The notes beneath the pieces are model-generated. The model was given only the letters and a program-made list of their open reading frames with translations, had not been told where the DNA came from and made no database searches. The translations under genes were made by a program, and so were the position numbers. DNA of 64,000 nucleotides from Alphaproteobacteria bacterium (GTDB lineage Bacteria > Pseudomonadota > Alphaproteobacteria > SHVV01), in contig OZ253470.1 in assembly GCA_965261735.1 (NCBI GenBank), positions 3,680,001 through 3,744,000 of the forward strand, written 5' to 3'. Below are positions 9,131 to 17,732 of the stretch, piece after piece; position 1 is the first letter of the stretch, and each line of letters begins with the position of its first letter.

Positions 9131-10153
9131 ATGGAACAGGTTCACATGATCGGGATCGATCTGGCGAAGAACAGCTTTCAGCTGCACGGTGCGCGGGCGG
9201 ATGGGTTGGTTGCGTTCCGCAAGAAGCTGAGCCGGGCGAAGCTGTTGGACTTTGTGGCTGCGCAGCCACGCTGCACGGTGGCGATGGAGGCGTGCGGCGG
9301 CGCGCACCATTGGGGCCGGGAGATCGGCAGTCTCGGCCATGCGGTGCGACTGGTCCCACCGATCTACGTCAAAGCGTACGTCAAGCGGCAAAAGAACGAC
9401 GCGTCGGATGCGGAGGCGATCTGCGAGGCGTCGTCGCGGCCGACCATGCGCTTTGTGGCTGTGAAGACGGAGGAACAGCAGGCTCGGGGCATGCTGTTCC
9501 GGACGCGCGATCTTCTGGTGCGCCAGCGCACCCAGACGATTAATGCGCTGCGCGGCCATCTGGCGGAGTTCGGTGTCATTGCCCCGCAGGGGCCGGCTCA
9601 TGTCGGCCGGCTGGCCTCGGCGCTTGAGGGACCGGCTTCGAGGTTGCCGGAAGCGGTCCGCGAGCTGGCCGGCCTTCTGCTTGAGCAGATCGCCGGCCTC
9701 GATGCGAAGATTGCGGGCCTGGAGAGGGAGGTCCACGTGAGAGCACGGCAGGATGAGGAGGCGAGGCGCCTGATGAGCGTGCCGGGGATCGGGCCGATCA
9801 GCGCGATGGCAATCCAGGCCTTCGCACCGCCGATGGAGAGTTTCCGGCGCGGCCGCGACTTCTCCGCTTGGCTCGGCCTCGTGCCGCGCCAGCACACGAC
9901 CGGCGGCAAGCCGAAGCTGGGCAAGATATCGAAGATGGGCCAGCGCGATCTGAGACGGCTGCTGATCACAGGCGCGATGACTGTGGTCCGCTGGGCGGTT
10001 CGGCGCGGCGTGACGACGGACCCCTGGCTGGCCGGGATGCTGGCGCGCAAGCCGAGGATGCTCGTCGCGGTGGCGCTGGCCAACAGGATGGCGCGCATCG
10101 TCTGGGCGCTACTGACGAAGAAGGAGAGCTACCGGGCTCCCGCCACCGCCTGA
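9131..10153 (+). CDS. IS110/IS1111 DEDD transposase (recombinase)
   Basis: IGIDLAK, AMEACG, KNDASDAEAI, VPGIGPI, LGLVPRQHTTGGK. Confidence 0.95.
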   Translation: MEQVHMIGIDLAKNSFQLHGARADGLVAFRKKLSRAKLLDFVAAQPRCTVAMEACGGAHHWGREIGSLGHAVRLVPPIYVKAYVKRQKNDASDAEAICEASSRPTMRFVAVKTEEQQARGMLFRTRDLLVRQRTQTINALRGHLAEFGVIAPQGPAHVGRLASALEGPASRLPEAVRELAGLLLEQIAGLDAKIAGLEREVHVRARQDEEARRLMSVPGIGPISAMAIQAFAPPMESFRRGRDFSAWLGLVPRQHTTGGKPKLGKISKMGQRDLRRLLITGAMTVVRWAVRRGVTTDPWLAGMLARKPRMLVAVALANRMARIVWALLTKKESYRAPATA

Positions 10154-10406
10154 GAGAACGGCGAAGTGCGGGAAGCCGTCGGGGATGTGGGCACGACGGA
10201 GGACAGGTAAGGGCAAAGGTCAACGAGACCGGGTTGGGAAAACCAGCATCCGAACGGAGAGCTTTCAAGCTCGCGTAACCGATTTGGACCCAATCCGCGT
10301 ATCTCCATACGGGCCCGCGGCGTGTCATCTGCCGCATAGAGAGGCCGGACACACGACAGCACCTGACCGCATGCACCGAGCCGACCAAAAACTGCTTGCA
10401 TCAACG
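10154..10406 (+). ncRNA. Putative seek/bridge RNA region of the IS1111 element
   Basis: ~250-nt non-coding segment between the transposase and right IR, containing two 11-nt segments that match the element's junctions. Exact RNA ends are unknown. Confidence 0.65.
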
Positions 10407-10420
10407 GGGGCGTCCACACA

Positions 10421-10790
10421 CGACAGGCCGGCCAGCGCCTCCTGCCCCTCGGGCAGCATCTTGAGGTAGGAAACGATCGGGGCAACGTAGAGATCAGCGA
10501 GCGAAAGGTCGGCACCCGCGAGATAGGGTGTGCCTCCGAGGGCCCGGTCGATCACCGACATGCAGTGTTTCACGTGTGGAATCGCATTCTTGATCTTCTC
10601 TTCGTCCGGCTCGCGGCCCCGGGACGGAGCTGCCAGGCGCTCGATCACCACGTCGTGGACCGCATATTGATACACGTAGTCGATGACGACACTGGTCCAT
10701 TGCATCATGAGCGCACGGCCTCTGGGCGCCGCTGGTTGCAGCTTCAGACCGTCGAACGCGAGGTCGGCATAGGTGGCGATCGCCAGCGTC
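10421..10790 (-). pseudogene. Glutathione S-transferase remnant
   Basis: TLAIATYADLAFDGLKLQP...YLAGADLSLADLYVAPIVSYL. The N-terminus is lost at a deletion junction (~10791) and the C-terminus is cut by IS110. Confidence 0.8.
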
Positions 10791-11240
10791 TTCGAGACAG
10801 GTCAACGAGCTCGACCATCCGTGCTCGTGGTTGTTGCACGACTCGCGGTCGGTGAAGAACTCGTGGACCAACAACATCTCGGTGCCGCCCCCCCTGTCGC
10901 GCAGCGTCAGCGTGACTTGGGTTTCATGGCCCGGAACGCCGTCCTCTTCCCAGGCCGAGGTGAACACCAGGCGCTCGTTCTCGGTCACCTCCTTGATAAC
11001 GCCGCCGACCCACAGCTGCGTGCCGTCGGGTCCGGTCATGCCGGTGCGGTAGCGGCCGCCGGGGCGCACGTCCAAGGCGTCCACGGTGGTCTCATATCCA
11101 TCCGGGCCCCACCACTTGGCGAGCTCGCCGGGGTCGGTCCAGGCTCTAAATACGGTCGAGGGCGGGGCCCTGAACACTCGCTCGAGCCGCAACGTGTTAG
11201 GGCTTTCCTTCTCCTGCGCGATCGCGCCGGGCGTCGTCAT
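10791..11240 (-). CDS. SRPBCC/AHSA1 (START-like) domain protein; stop codon lost, reads through out of frame into the GST remnant
   Basis: LERVFRAPPSTVFRAWTDP, DVRPGGRYR, HEHGWSSSLTCLE, followed by unrelated sequence. Confidence 0.8.
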
Positions 11241-11584
11241 TTACCGGCATCCTCCTCGGTTAGATCATCGAGATATTGGGCGAGGCGATCGAGTTGCCCT
11301 TCCCAGAAGCGATGGTAGTCGGCAATCCAAACGGCGGCGTCACGGAGCGGCTCGGCCTCGAGCCGGCAGTGGTGGACCCGCCCATCCCTGCGGCGGCTGA
11401 TGAGGCCCGCCGCCTCCAGCGCCTTGAGGTGGCGCGACACGGCGGGCAGTGAGATTTCGAATGGGTCGGCGAGCTCGCCCACCGAGGCCTCGCCGAGCGC
11501 CAGTCGCGCCAGGATGGCGCGGCGCGTGGGATCGGAAAGCGCGGAAAAAGTGCGGTCGAGCCGCCGTGGCGAATAGTTAACCAC
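11237..11584 (-). CDS. ArsR/SmtB-family transcriptional regulator
   Basis: FSALSDPTRRAIL, SLPAVSRHLKALEAAGLI, FWEGQLDRL; coupled to the SRPBCC gene. Confidence 0.92.
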   Translation of the reverse strand: MVNYSPRRLDRTFSALSDPTRRAILARLALGEASVGELADPFEISLPAVSRHLKALEAAGLISRRRDGRVHHCRLEAEPLRDAAVWIADYHRFWEGQLDRLAQYLDDLTEEDAGK

Positions 11585-11619
11585 CTCATTAAATATAGAG
11601 GGCCACCAACGCCTGTCAA
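11577..11619 (-). promoter_or_regulatory. ArsR operon promoter and probable autoregulatory operator
   Basis: TTGACA-N16-TATATT, then an imperfect palindrome TTAAtgaggtggTTAA over the start codon. Confidence 0.55.
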
Positions 11620-11662
11620 CCCGGCAGCAATGACTGGTGTGGATTGGGTCCGGCGTCGGCCT

Positions 11663-12352
11663 CTACCAGCCGAATCCCGGGCCGGTACCGAACAGCAGCC
11701 GATGGGCCAAGAGTAGGGCGGCATAGATCGCGAGCCCCAGGGCCACGGGGCGCCAGCCGATCTCGCTCCAGCTCAGCCGCGTCCGCCTGGCGATAACGGC
11801 GCCAAAGGGCAGGTAGGAGGTGACGGCGGCATAGTCCCGCCAGGTGTCGCGGTCGGCGTGCCGGCGCTTGGCATCGATCTGCAGGGGCCCGAACAGCGAG
11901 AGCACGAGCAGCCCGCCGAAAAAGATGAGGGCCGCGACATCGCCCCGTGCCACTAGGTGCGCCGCCGCCCACAGGGCCACCGCCCACATCATGGGGTGGC
12001 GCGTGATCCGGGCGATGCCGCGGGGCGGCTCGGCCAGCCTTTTCTCGCCTCCGATGCCCGTCGGACTGGGCGTCGTTCGGGCGGCCACGAGAGCAATGAG
12101 GGCGAACGGCATCACCGCATGGGGCACATGCGTGAACCAGCCGGCGGACCAAACGGGATCGTAGGGCGCGACCCGGTAGGCGGCCGCCATCCATACCAGA
12201 CCGGCGAGCGAAAAGAGCGCAAACAACCCGCGAAATGCGGCTTCGCCGACGATACCGACGAAGACGCCGCGAAGGGGCGAGCCGGAGACCAGGAAATGAA
12301 TGAGGACGAAAAAGGCCGTCGCGTAAGCGAGGTCCAGGTGGGTGCCGAACAT
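11663..12352 (-). CDS. NnrU-family membrane protein
   Basis: LRGVFVGIVGEAAFRGLFA, ITRHPMMWAVALWAAAHL, TSYLPFGA; start placed at MFGTHL. Confidence 0.85.
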   Translation of the reverse strand: MFGTHLDLAYATAFFVLIHFLVSGSPLRGVFVGIVGEAAFRGLFALFSLAGLVWMAAAYRVAPYDPVWSAGWFTHVPHAVMPFALIALVAARTTPSPTGIGGEKRLAEPPRGIARITRHPMMWAVALWAAAHLVARGDVAALIFFGGLLVLSLFGPLQIDAKRRHADRDTWRDYAAVTSYLPFGAVIARRTRLSWSEIGWRPVALGLAIYAALLLAHRLLFGTGPGFGW

Positions 12353-12363
12353 GCGCTCAGATA

Positions 12364-12657
12364 TCACGCGCGGGTGCGGCCCGGCAATCGCCAGGCATCG
12401 GCGCCGCTCGACGGCCGGCCTTCGCTGGCGGCACCCCCGGCGCGGCGCCCGGCGTCCGTCAACTTGCACACCAGCCAGTCGGGTTTGATCGGGTTGGCGA
12501 ACCAAGGCTCGGCCCAGCCCCCGCGAATGCACCCCCGAATCGTGTCTGGGCTGATCTGCCGGCCGTTGCTGTCGAACAGCGGGAGCTTGCCACCCGGCTG
12601 ACTGAGCCCGTGCCGAAGGTAGCGCAACTGCGCGGGCGTTGGCTTGCCGGTGGCCAT
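12364..12657 (-). CDS. Small hypothetical protein (possible winged helix)
   Basis: PTPAQLRYLRHGLSQPGGKLPLFD...GWAEPWFANPIKPDWLVCKLTDAGR looks globular and lies in line with nnrU. Confidence 0.65.
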   Translation of the reverse strand: MATGKPTPAQLRYLRHGLSQPGGKLPLFDSNGRQISPDTIRGCIRGGWAEPWFANPIKPDWLVCKLTDAGRRAGGAASEGRPSSGADAWRLPGRTRA

Positions 12658-12858
12658 GAGCGAAACCCTAGCGCGCCCGGCGCAGCCGCGCCAGCCGAGC
12701 AAGGCTCGCACGTCAGCCCTCCGCGGCCACGCCGTTGGCGCCCGCTGCGGCCCGACTTCGGCTCTCCTCGCGCCGGAAATCGAATTGTTCCGGGCCATGG
12801 TTTCGGGTAAATATGGCGCTACGGCTGCGGCCCCGCCGCAGGCCAAGAGGGATTTGCA

Positions 12859-13380
12859 ATGGCCGCGCCCAAGCGACGCGTGAGAGCGGTGCCGAGCGCG
12901 ACGGCGCGGCGCCCGGCGGCAAACGCGACGGCCGCTGAGGCCCCGTTCATCATGCGCCGGACCGTGCTATGGGGCGAGTGCGACCCGGCGCAGATGGTTT
13001 ACACGCCGCGCTTTCTCGACTACGTGGCCGAGGCCGTCGAGGGCTGGTTTCGCGCCGTGCTCGATACGGGGTGGTACGACATGATCGCCGAGCGCGGCAT
13101 TGCCTCACCGATCGTCCATGCCAGCATCGACTTCTTCAGCCGGCTCAACCCGGGGGATGCGTTCGAGATGGAGGTCCTGGTCGAAGAGGAGGGCCTGCGT
13201 TCGACGATCCCGTTTCGGGTCAAGGGACGCACTCAAGCCGGCGAGGACTGCTTTGGCGCCCGCTTGATCCTCTCGGTGGTGGACTGGAAGTCGTTTCGCT
13301 CGATCTCCGTCCCCACCGACTTTCGCGAGCGCATTGCCGTGTACCGCATGGCCTGCAACGCGGTCAAGGCCGTCGCCTGA
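12859..13380 (+). CDS. Acyl-CoA thioesterase (4HBT hotdog fold); start uncertain
   Basis: RTVLWGECDPAQMVYTPRFLDY and HASIDFFSRL. Confidence 0.8.
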   Translation: MAAPKRRVRAVPSATARRPAANATAAEAPFIMRRTVLWGECDPAQMVYTPRFLDYVAEAVEGWFRAVLDTGWYDMIAERGIASPIVHASIDFFSRLNPGDAFEMEVLVEEEGLRSTIPFRVKGRTQAGEDCFGARLILSVVDWKSFRSISVPTDFRERIAVYRMACNAVKAVA

Positions 13381-13440
13381 GGCGCCGCTGACGCCGGCGC
13401 ATGCCGCTCACCCGAGCGATCGGCGTACCGCGACAGACTC

Positions 13441-14364
13441 GTGAATCCGCGCACGCTCGAATCGAAATTCCTCGGCGCCATGATGGGCTGCGCCATCGGT
13501 GACGCCGTCGGCGAGCTTGCGACGATCCACGATGATCGCGACCGCCTCGTGGGCTGGCTCAACCAGACCGAGCGCCTGACCTACACCGACGAGACCGCCA
13601 TGATGATCGGGGTCGCGGAGGCCGTCCTCGCGGCCGGCGACGTCGACGCCCAGCACCTCGGTGACATTTTGCGCGCCGGCTACTCGCGTGGGCCCTGGCG
13701 CGGCTCCGACATGGGTACCCCACAAGTATTCGCCGAGGCCGGAAAGCGCGCTACCCCGTACGTCGAGGCGGCGCGCGCCCTTCACGACGGTCAGGGATCG
13801 AAGGGCAGCGGCGGCGCCGTCCGAGTCGCGCCGCTCGCGCTGCGCTTCCGCGATTCTCGGGACTTATGGGCCAAGGTGGCCGAGTCGGCCCGGGTGACGC
13901 ACGCGCATCCGGAGGGCATCGACGGTGCCGCGGTCCAGGCCTGGATGGTCGCCTACGCGACGGGCCTCGACCCGGCGGCGCGGTTCCCGATGGCCGACTT
14001 CCTGCGCGCGATGGTGCAGTTCTCGAGGACCGCGGACATTCGCGCACGCCTCGCGGAGGTCGTCGCGCTGCTCGCTCGCGAGGCGACCCCGGCCGAGGCG
14101 GCGAGCGAGCGCGGTGCAGGCGGGCACGTCGGCCCGTGCCTCCAGTTCACGCTCTATGCCTTCCTGAGCCACCTCGCGTCGTTCGAGGAGTGCCTCTTGT
14201 GTGCCGTGCTCAACGGCGGCGACGCGGATGCCCTCGGAGCCATGGCCGGCGCCGTCTCGGGCGCCTATCTCGGGATCGAGAAAATCCCCGCCGCCTGGCG
14301 CAACAAGCTCGAGAACGCAGACCGGATCACAGAGCTCGCGCGCATGCTGGCACGGGCGGAGTGA
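13441..14364 (+). CDS. ADP-ribosylglycohydrolase family protein
   Basis: GAMMGCAIGDAVG, YTDET, SARVTHAHP, GGDADALGAMAGAVSGAYLG...IPAAW. Confidence 0.85.
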   Translation: MNPRTLESKFLGAMMGCAIGDAVGELATIHDDRDRLVGWLNQTERLTYTDETAMMIGVAEAVLAAGDVDAQHLGDILRAGYSRGPWRGSDMGTPQVFAEAGKRATPYVEAARALHDGQGSKGSGGAVRVAPLALRFRDSRDLWAKVAESARVTHAHPEGIDGAAVQAWMVAYATGLDPAARFPMADFLRAMVQFSRTADIRARLAEVVALLAREATPAEAASERGAGGHVGPCLQFTLYAFLSHLASFEECLLCAVLNGGDADALGAMAGAVSGAYLGIEKIPAAWRNKLENADRITELARMLARAE

Positions 14365-14395
14365 CCGGCGGACCTGGCATCGCGCGCCACGCCCG

Positions 14396-14884
14396 TTAGC
14401 GCGCCGTCCTCAGGGTCCACTCGACGATGTGCTTGAGCACCTTGCCGAGGGCGTCGTCGAACGCGGCGATGACGGCCGACATACTCTCACCGGAGGCCCG
14501 CGCCTCGTGTTGGAAGGTCTCCGAGGCGATGATCTCGCGCCGCGGTTGGCGTATCACCTTGGCGTTGACCGTGACCCGGATCACGGGCACGTCGGCGCCG
14601 TCGAAATACTCGGCCTGGAACTCCCTCAGCTCGCTCTTGAGGTTGAAATCCGAGCGTAGGCCGATCGCCTGGCGCCCCACCGCTACGATCTTGCCGGTGT
14701 TCTCGAACGATTCGACCACAAGGGTCTGAACGAGGCTCGGCGCCGCCTCGGCCCAGCGCGCGTCGGCGAAGTATTGCAGCTCGATCGGATCGCTCTTAAG
14801 CGCGATCCGCGTCGTCTCGAGACCGCCCGCGGCGACCGGCACTTCAACGACGAGTTGCCAGTCGACCCGCGGCAAGTCCGGATC
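14396..14884 (-). pseudogene. PqiC-like ABC auxiliary lipoprotein, 5'-truncated
   Basis: WQLVVEVP, YFADARWA, SELREFQAEY, AFDDALG. No signal peptide or lipobox; IS-like DNA lies directly upstream. Confidence 0.75.
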
Positions 14885-14983
14885 GGATCTTCCACCTGAG
14901 AAATTACCACTTTGTGATCAATGACTTATGCCCCGATTTTGTCCAACTTCTCGGATCGGTTGGACAAGTTTGTTAGTTCTTTG
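14885..14983. other. AT-richer ~100-bp foreign segment, possible IS terminus remnant
   Basis: Abrupt GC drop, starts GGATCTTCC, and contains a 9-bp perfect IR ttgtccaac (14939-14947) / gttggacaa (14959-14967). Confidence 0.35.
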
Positions 14984-15332
14984 CTTGCCTATCCGGTTAA
15001 CACCCATGACCGCTACATGTAGGGTGCCGCCACTCTCCCGAGTAAAGCTCGGCATAGGTTGGAGCAGAGGTGTCGCCCGCGATGCCGAGCAATGAGCGGA
15101 AGGCGTTGAACGGGTAGAACCGCCTGTTGAAGCGGAAGGTGAACTCGTTGAGGTAGGCTTGTAGGTGCTGGTGGCTAACGCCGTGGTGGATACCGATCAG
15201 CCACGTCTTCAGGTTGGCGAAAACCAGATGGATGATCGGCAGGTATTGCTCGGCAACCTCTGGATCACCACACTCGGCAACAGCGAAGTGCTCATAGCCG
15301 CGCTTACCGAGGCCAGCATAGCCGCTCCAATC
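14984..15332 (-). mobile_element. IS1595-family element, copy A (3'-end fragment, 349 bp)
   Basis: Begins cttgcctatccggttaa and matches the 3' end of the full copies up to ...gccgctccaatc. Confidence 0.92.
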
Positions 15333-15581
15333 CCAAAGGCGCTGACGTCAGACACCACCCAGCACCGACACTCATCTCTCGGTACCCGACGTCGATTCGA
15401 GCGCACGGCACGCCCCCGGGGCCGCACCATGGCATGGCGCCGAATCGCGATCAAGGAAGCGCGCCGTTCGCGGCAGAGGGGCTGCGGGCGAGGCCGCGAG
15501 GCGCAAGCGCGTCGGATTTGCAAATGCCCGTGCCCTGTATACACTTCGGGCCGCGATCCTCGGCATTAGGGGTGTTCGGCC

Positions 15582-16781
15582 ATGAGCGAGGCAGGCGCAG
15601 GAAGCTCTTCGCCGGACGGAACAGGAGCCGCGGGCAGCGGCTCGAGCGGTCCCGCGACGCCGCGCGAGCCTCGGCGCGGGCTGTTCCAGCCGGTCGCGTT
15701 CGGCGTCCTGTTCGGCCTCACCGCCGGCGTCCTGATCGCCGTCGGTGCGATCGCGCCGACACGCCCGCCGGCGCCCACACCCGCGACCGCCACACCGGCG
15801 GAGCCGAGCGCGCCGGGTGAGCCCGTGCGCTGGCGCATGGCGAGCGCTTTTCCGGGCACGCTCGTCCAGCTCGGGACCGGCGGCCAGCGGCTCGTGGCGA
15901 CCCTCGCGCGCATCTCGGCCGGTACCATCGAACTCGGTTTTGCCGAGCCGGGAACGGCGGCGGACGCCTCCGACGTTTTCACCGCCGTCAAATCCGGTAC
16001 GGTCGAGGCAGGCTGGTCACTGGCGGCCTACTGGAGTGACGAGATTCCGGCTGCCGCCTTCTTTGCGGCCGTGCCCTTCGGTCCCGGCGCGGCCGAGTAT
16101 CTGGCCTGGATGCGCTTTGGCGGCGGCCAGGAGATTCACGACCGCATCTATGAGCGACACGGCGTCAAGGGCATCGTGTGCGCGGTTGCCGCGCCCGAGG
16201 CCTCGGGCTGGTTCCGCAAAGAGATCGGTTCGGTGGCCGACCTCGCCGGCCTCAAGATGCGCTTCTACGGCCTCGGCGGCCGGGTCATGCGCAAGCTAGG
16301 CGTGACCACGCGCCTGCCCGCGGGCGACGTGTTCCCGGCGCTTCAGGAGGGCACCCTCGACGCCCTCGAATACTCGATGCCGGCGATCGACGTCGCGCTC
16401 GGATTCGATGCGGTCGCCAAGCACTACTACTTCCCCGGCTGGCATCAACAGTCGACCATCGTCGAGCTCATCATCAACCTGGAGAAATGGAACGGCCTCG
16501 CGGACCTTCAGCGGGCGTGGATCGAGGCCGCCTGCGGCGACAACGTCCAGCACACCCTGGCCGAGGGCGAGGCGATCCAGCACGCGGCGCTCGCCGACCT
16601 GAGCGCGCGCGGGGTGCAGATTCATCGCTGGCCCGCCCCCATGCTGGCGGCGTTCAAGGCGGCGTGGGCCGAGGTCGCCGACGAGGTCGCCGCGAAAGAC
16701 GCGGACTTCCGGCAGGCGCGGCAGTCGCTGCGGGCGTTCCGTGATGCCGGCGCGGCGTGGCGCCGACTCGGCTACTTGTAA
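15582..16781 (+). CDS. TRAP DctP substrate-binding protein (TakP-like) with N-terminal TM and Pro-rich linker
   Basis: WRMASAFP, FAAVPFG, ASGWFRKEI, GLKMRFYGLG, YYFPGWHQ. Confidence 0.88.
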   Translation: MSEAGAGSSSPDGTGAAGSGSSGPATPREPRRGLFQPVAFGVLFGLTAGVLIAVGAIAPTRPPAPTPATATPAEPSAPGEPVRWRMASAFPGTLVQLGTGGQRLVATLARISAGTIELGFAEPGTAADASDVFTAVKSGTVEAGWSLAAYWSDEIPAAAFFAAVPFGPGAAEYLAWMRFGGGQEIHDRIYERHGVKGIVCAVAAPEASGWFRKEIGSVADLAGLKMRFYGLGGRVMRKLGVTTRLPAGDVFPALQEGTLDALEYSMPAIDVALGFDAVAKHYYFPGWHQQSTIVELIINLEKWNGLADLQRAWIEAACGDNVQHTLAEGEAIQHAALADLSARGVQIHRWPAPMLAAFKAAWAEVADEVAAKDADFRQARQSLRAFRDAGAAWRRLGYL

Positions 16782-16800
16782 CAGGGGCTAGGAGAGGACC

Positions 16801-17215
16801 ATGGCGGCACGGTGGATGTGGGCGTTGGCGATCGCGAGCGGAATGGCTCTGGCCAGCGGCGCCAGCCTTGCCGCCGGCGATGCCGCCAACGGTGAAAAGG
16901 TGTTCAAGAAGTGCAAGGCCTGTCGCACCATCGTCGCCGGCAAGAACAAGGTCGGTCCCAGCCTGTACGGCGTCGTCGGCCGCCCCGCCGGCACCATCGC
17001 AAAGTTCAAATATTCCAAGGCGATGAAAGACGCGGGCGCCAAGGGCCTGGTGTGGAGCGAGGACCAGATCGTCGAGTGCGTCGCCGATCCCAAGGCCTTC
17101 CTCAAGGCCTTCCTGAGGTCGCAAGACGGTCAAGAACAAGATGGTCTTCAAGCTCAAGGGCCTCGAGCAGCGCCGCGAAGTGGTCTCTTACCTCAAGGGC
17201 GTCCCCGGCTCCTAG
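16801..17215 (+). pseudogene. Cytochrome c2-like class I cytochrome c pseudogene
   Basis: Signal peptide, GDAANGEKVFKKCKAC(R), KVGPSLYGVVGR, FKYSKAM. The haem motif reads CxxCR, and the C-terminus KNKMVFKLK...VVSYLK is in another frame after ~17116. Confidence 0.88.
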
Positions 17216-17270
17216 CCCCGGCTTACAAGCCGAGGCCTTACCCTGAGCGGAGGGCCGCGAACCTGGCCTC

Positions 17271-17696
17271 CTAGCGGACGACGAGCACCGAAATGGCGGC
17301 GTGACGCACCACGCGCGACGCATTGGGGCCGAGCAGGTAGTCGCTGAACTCCGGTCGATGCGACCCCATGATAATGAGGTCGGCGCCGATCTCCTCGGCC
17401 GTCGTGAGGATCTCGTTGTAAGGCGTACCGTGCCGGACGAGGGCCGTCGCCGCGACCTCTTCGGGCACCTGTTCGGCGATAAATCCGGCGAGCTTCTCGC
17501 TCACCTCGGCGCTCATCTTCTCGATGTCACCGTTGGGGAAATACTGCGCGACATAAGAAAGGCCGTAGTCGGGAATGACGGTGAGGACGTGGAGCTCGGC
17601 CGCAAACGCCTGACACCATTGGATCGCGACCGACAGGGCCTTCACCTGCACGTCCTGGTTGCTGAGATCGACGGGAAACAGGATCTTCCGATACAT
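17271..17696 (-). CDS. Universal stress protein (TRAP-associated)
   Basis: MYRKILFPVDLS, ADLIIMGSH, LLGPNASRVVRHA. Confidence 0.92.
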   Translation of the reverse strand: MYRKILFPVDLSNQDVQVKALSVAIQWCQAFAAELHVLTVIPDYGLSYVAQYFPNGDIEKMSAEVSEKLAGFIAEQVPEEVAATALVRHGTPYNEILTTAEEIGADLIIMGSHRPEFSDYLLGPNASRVVRHAAISVLVVR

Positions 17697-17732
17697 CGGC
17701 GCGCTCCCCTCGTGCGCTGACACAAGCCGCCC

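Larger units (their letters stand above)
9047..10423 (+). mobile_element. IS110-family element, IS1111 group
   Basis: Subterminal IR gtggacgcccc (9054-9064) / ggggcgtccac (10407-10417), a third copy just before the ATG, CGA at both junctions (9047-9049, 10421-10423), and a long 3' non-coding region. Confidence 0.88.

Noticed and set aside
10494-10790. C-terminal extension of the SRPBCC ORF as a new domain
   Set aside because: It is out-of-frame read-through into a GST remnant after a deletion.
15333-15362. ccaaaggcgctgacgtcagacaccacc after the truncated IS1595 copy A, possibly another IS end
   Set aside because: No partner IR, TSD or transposase sequence in the window, so it cannot be supported.
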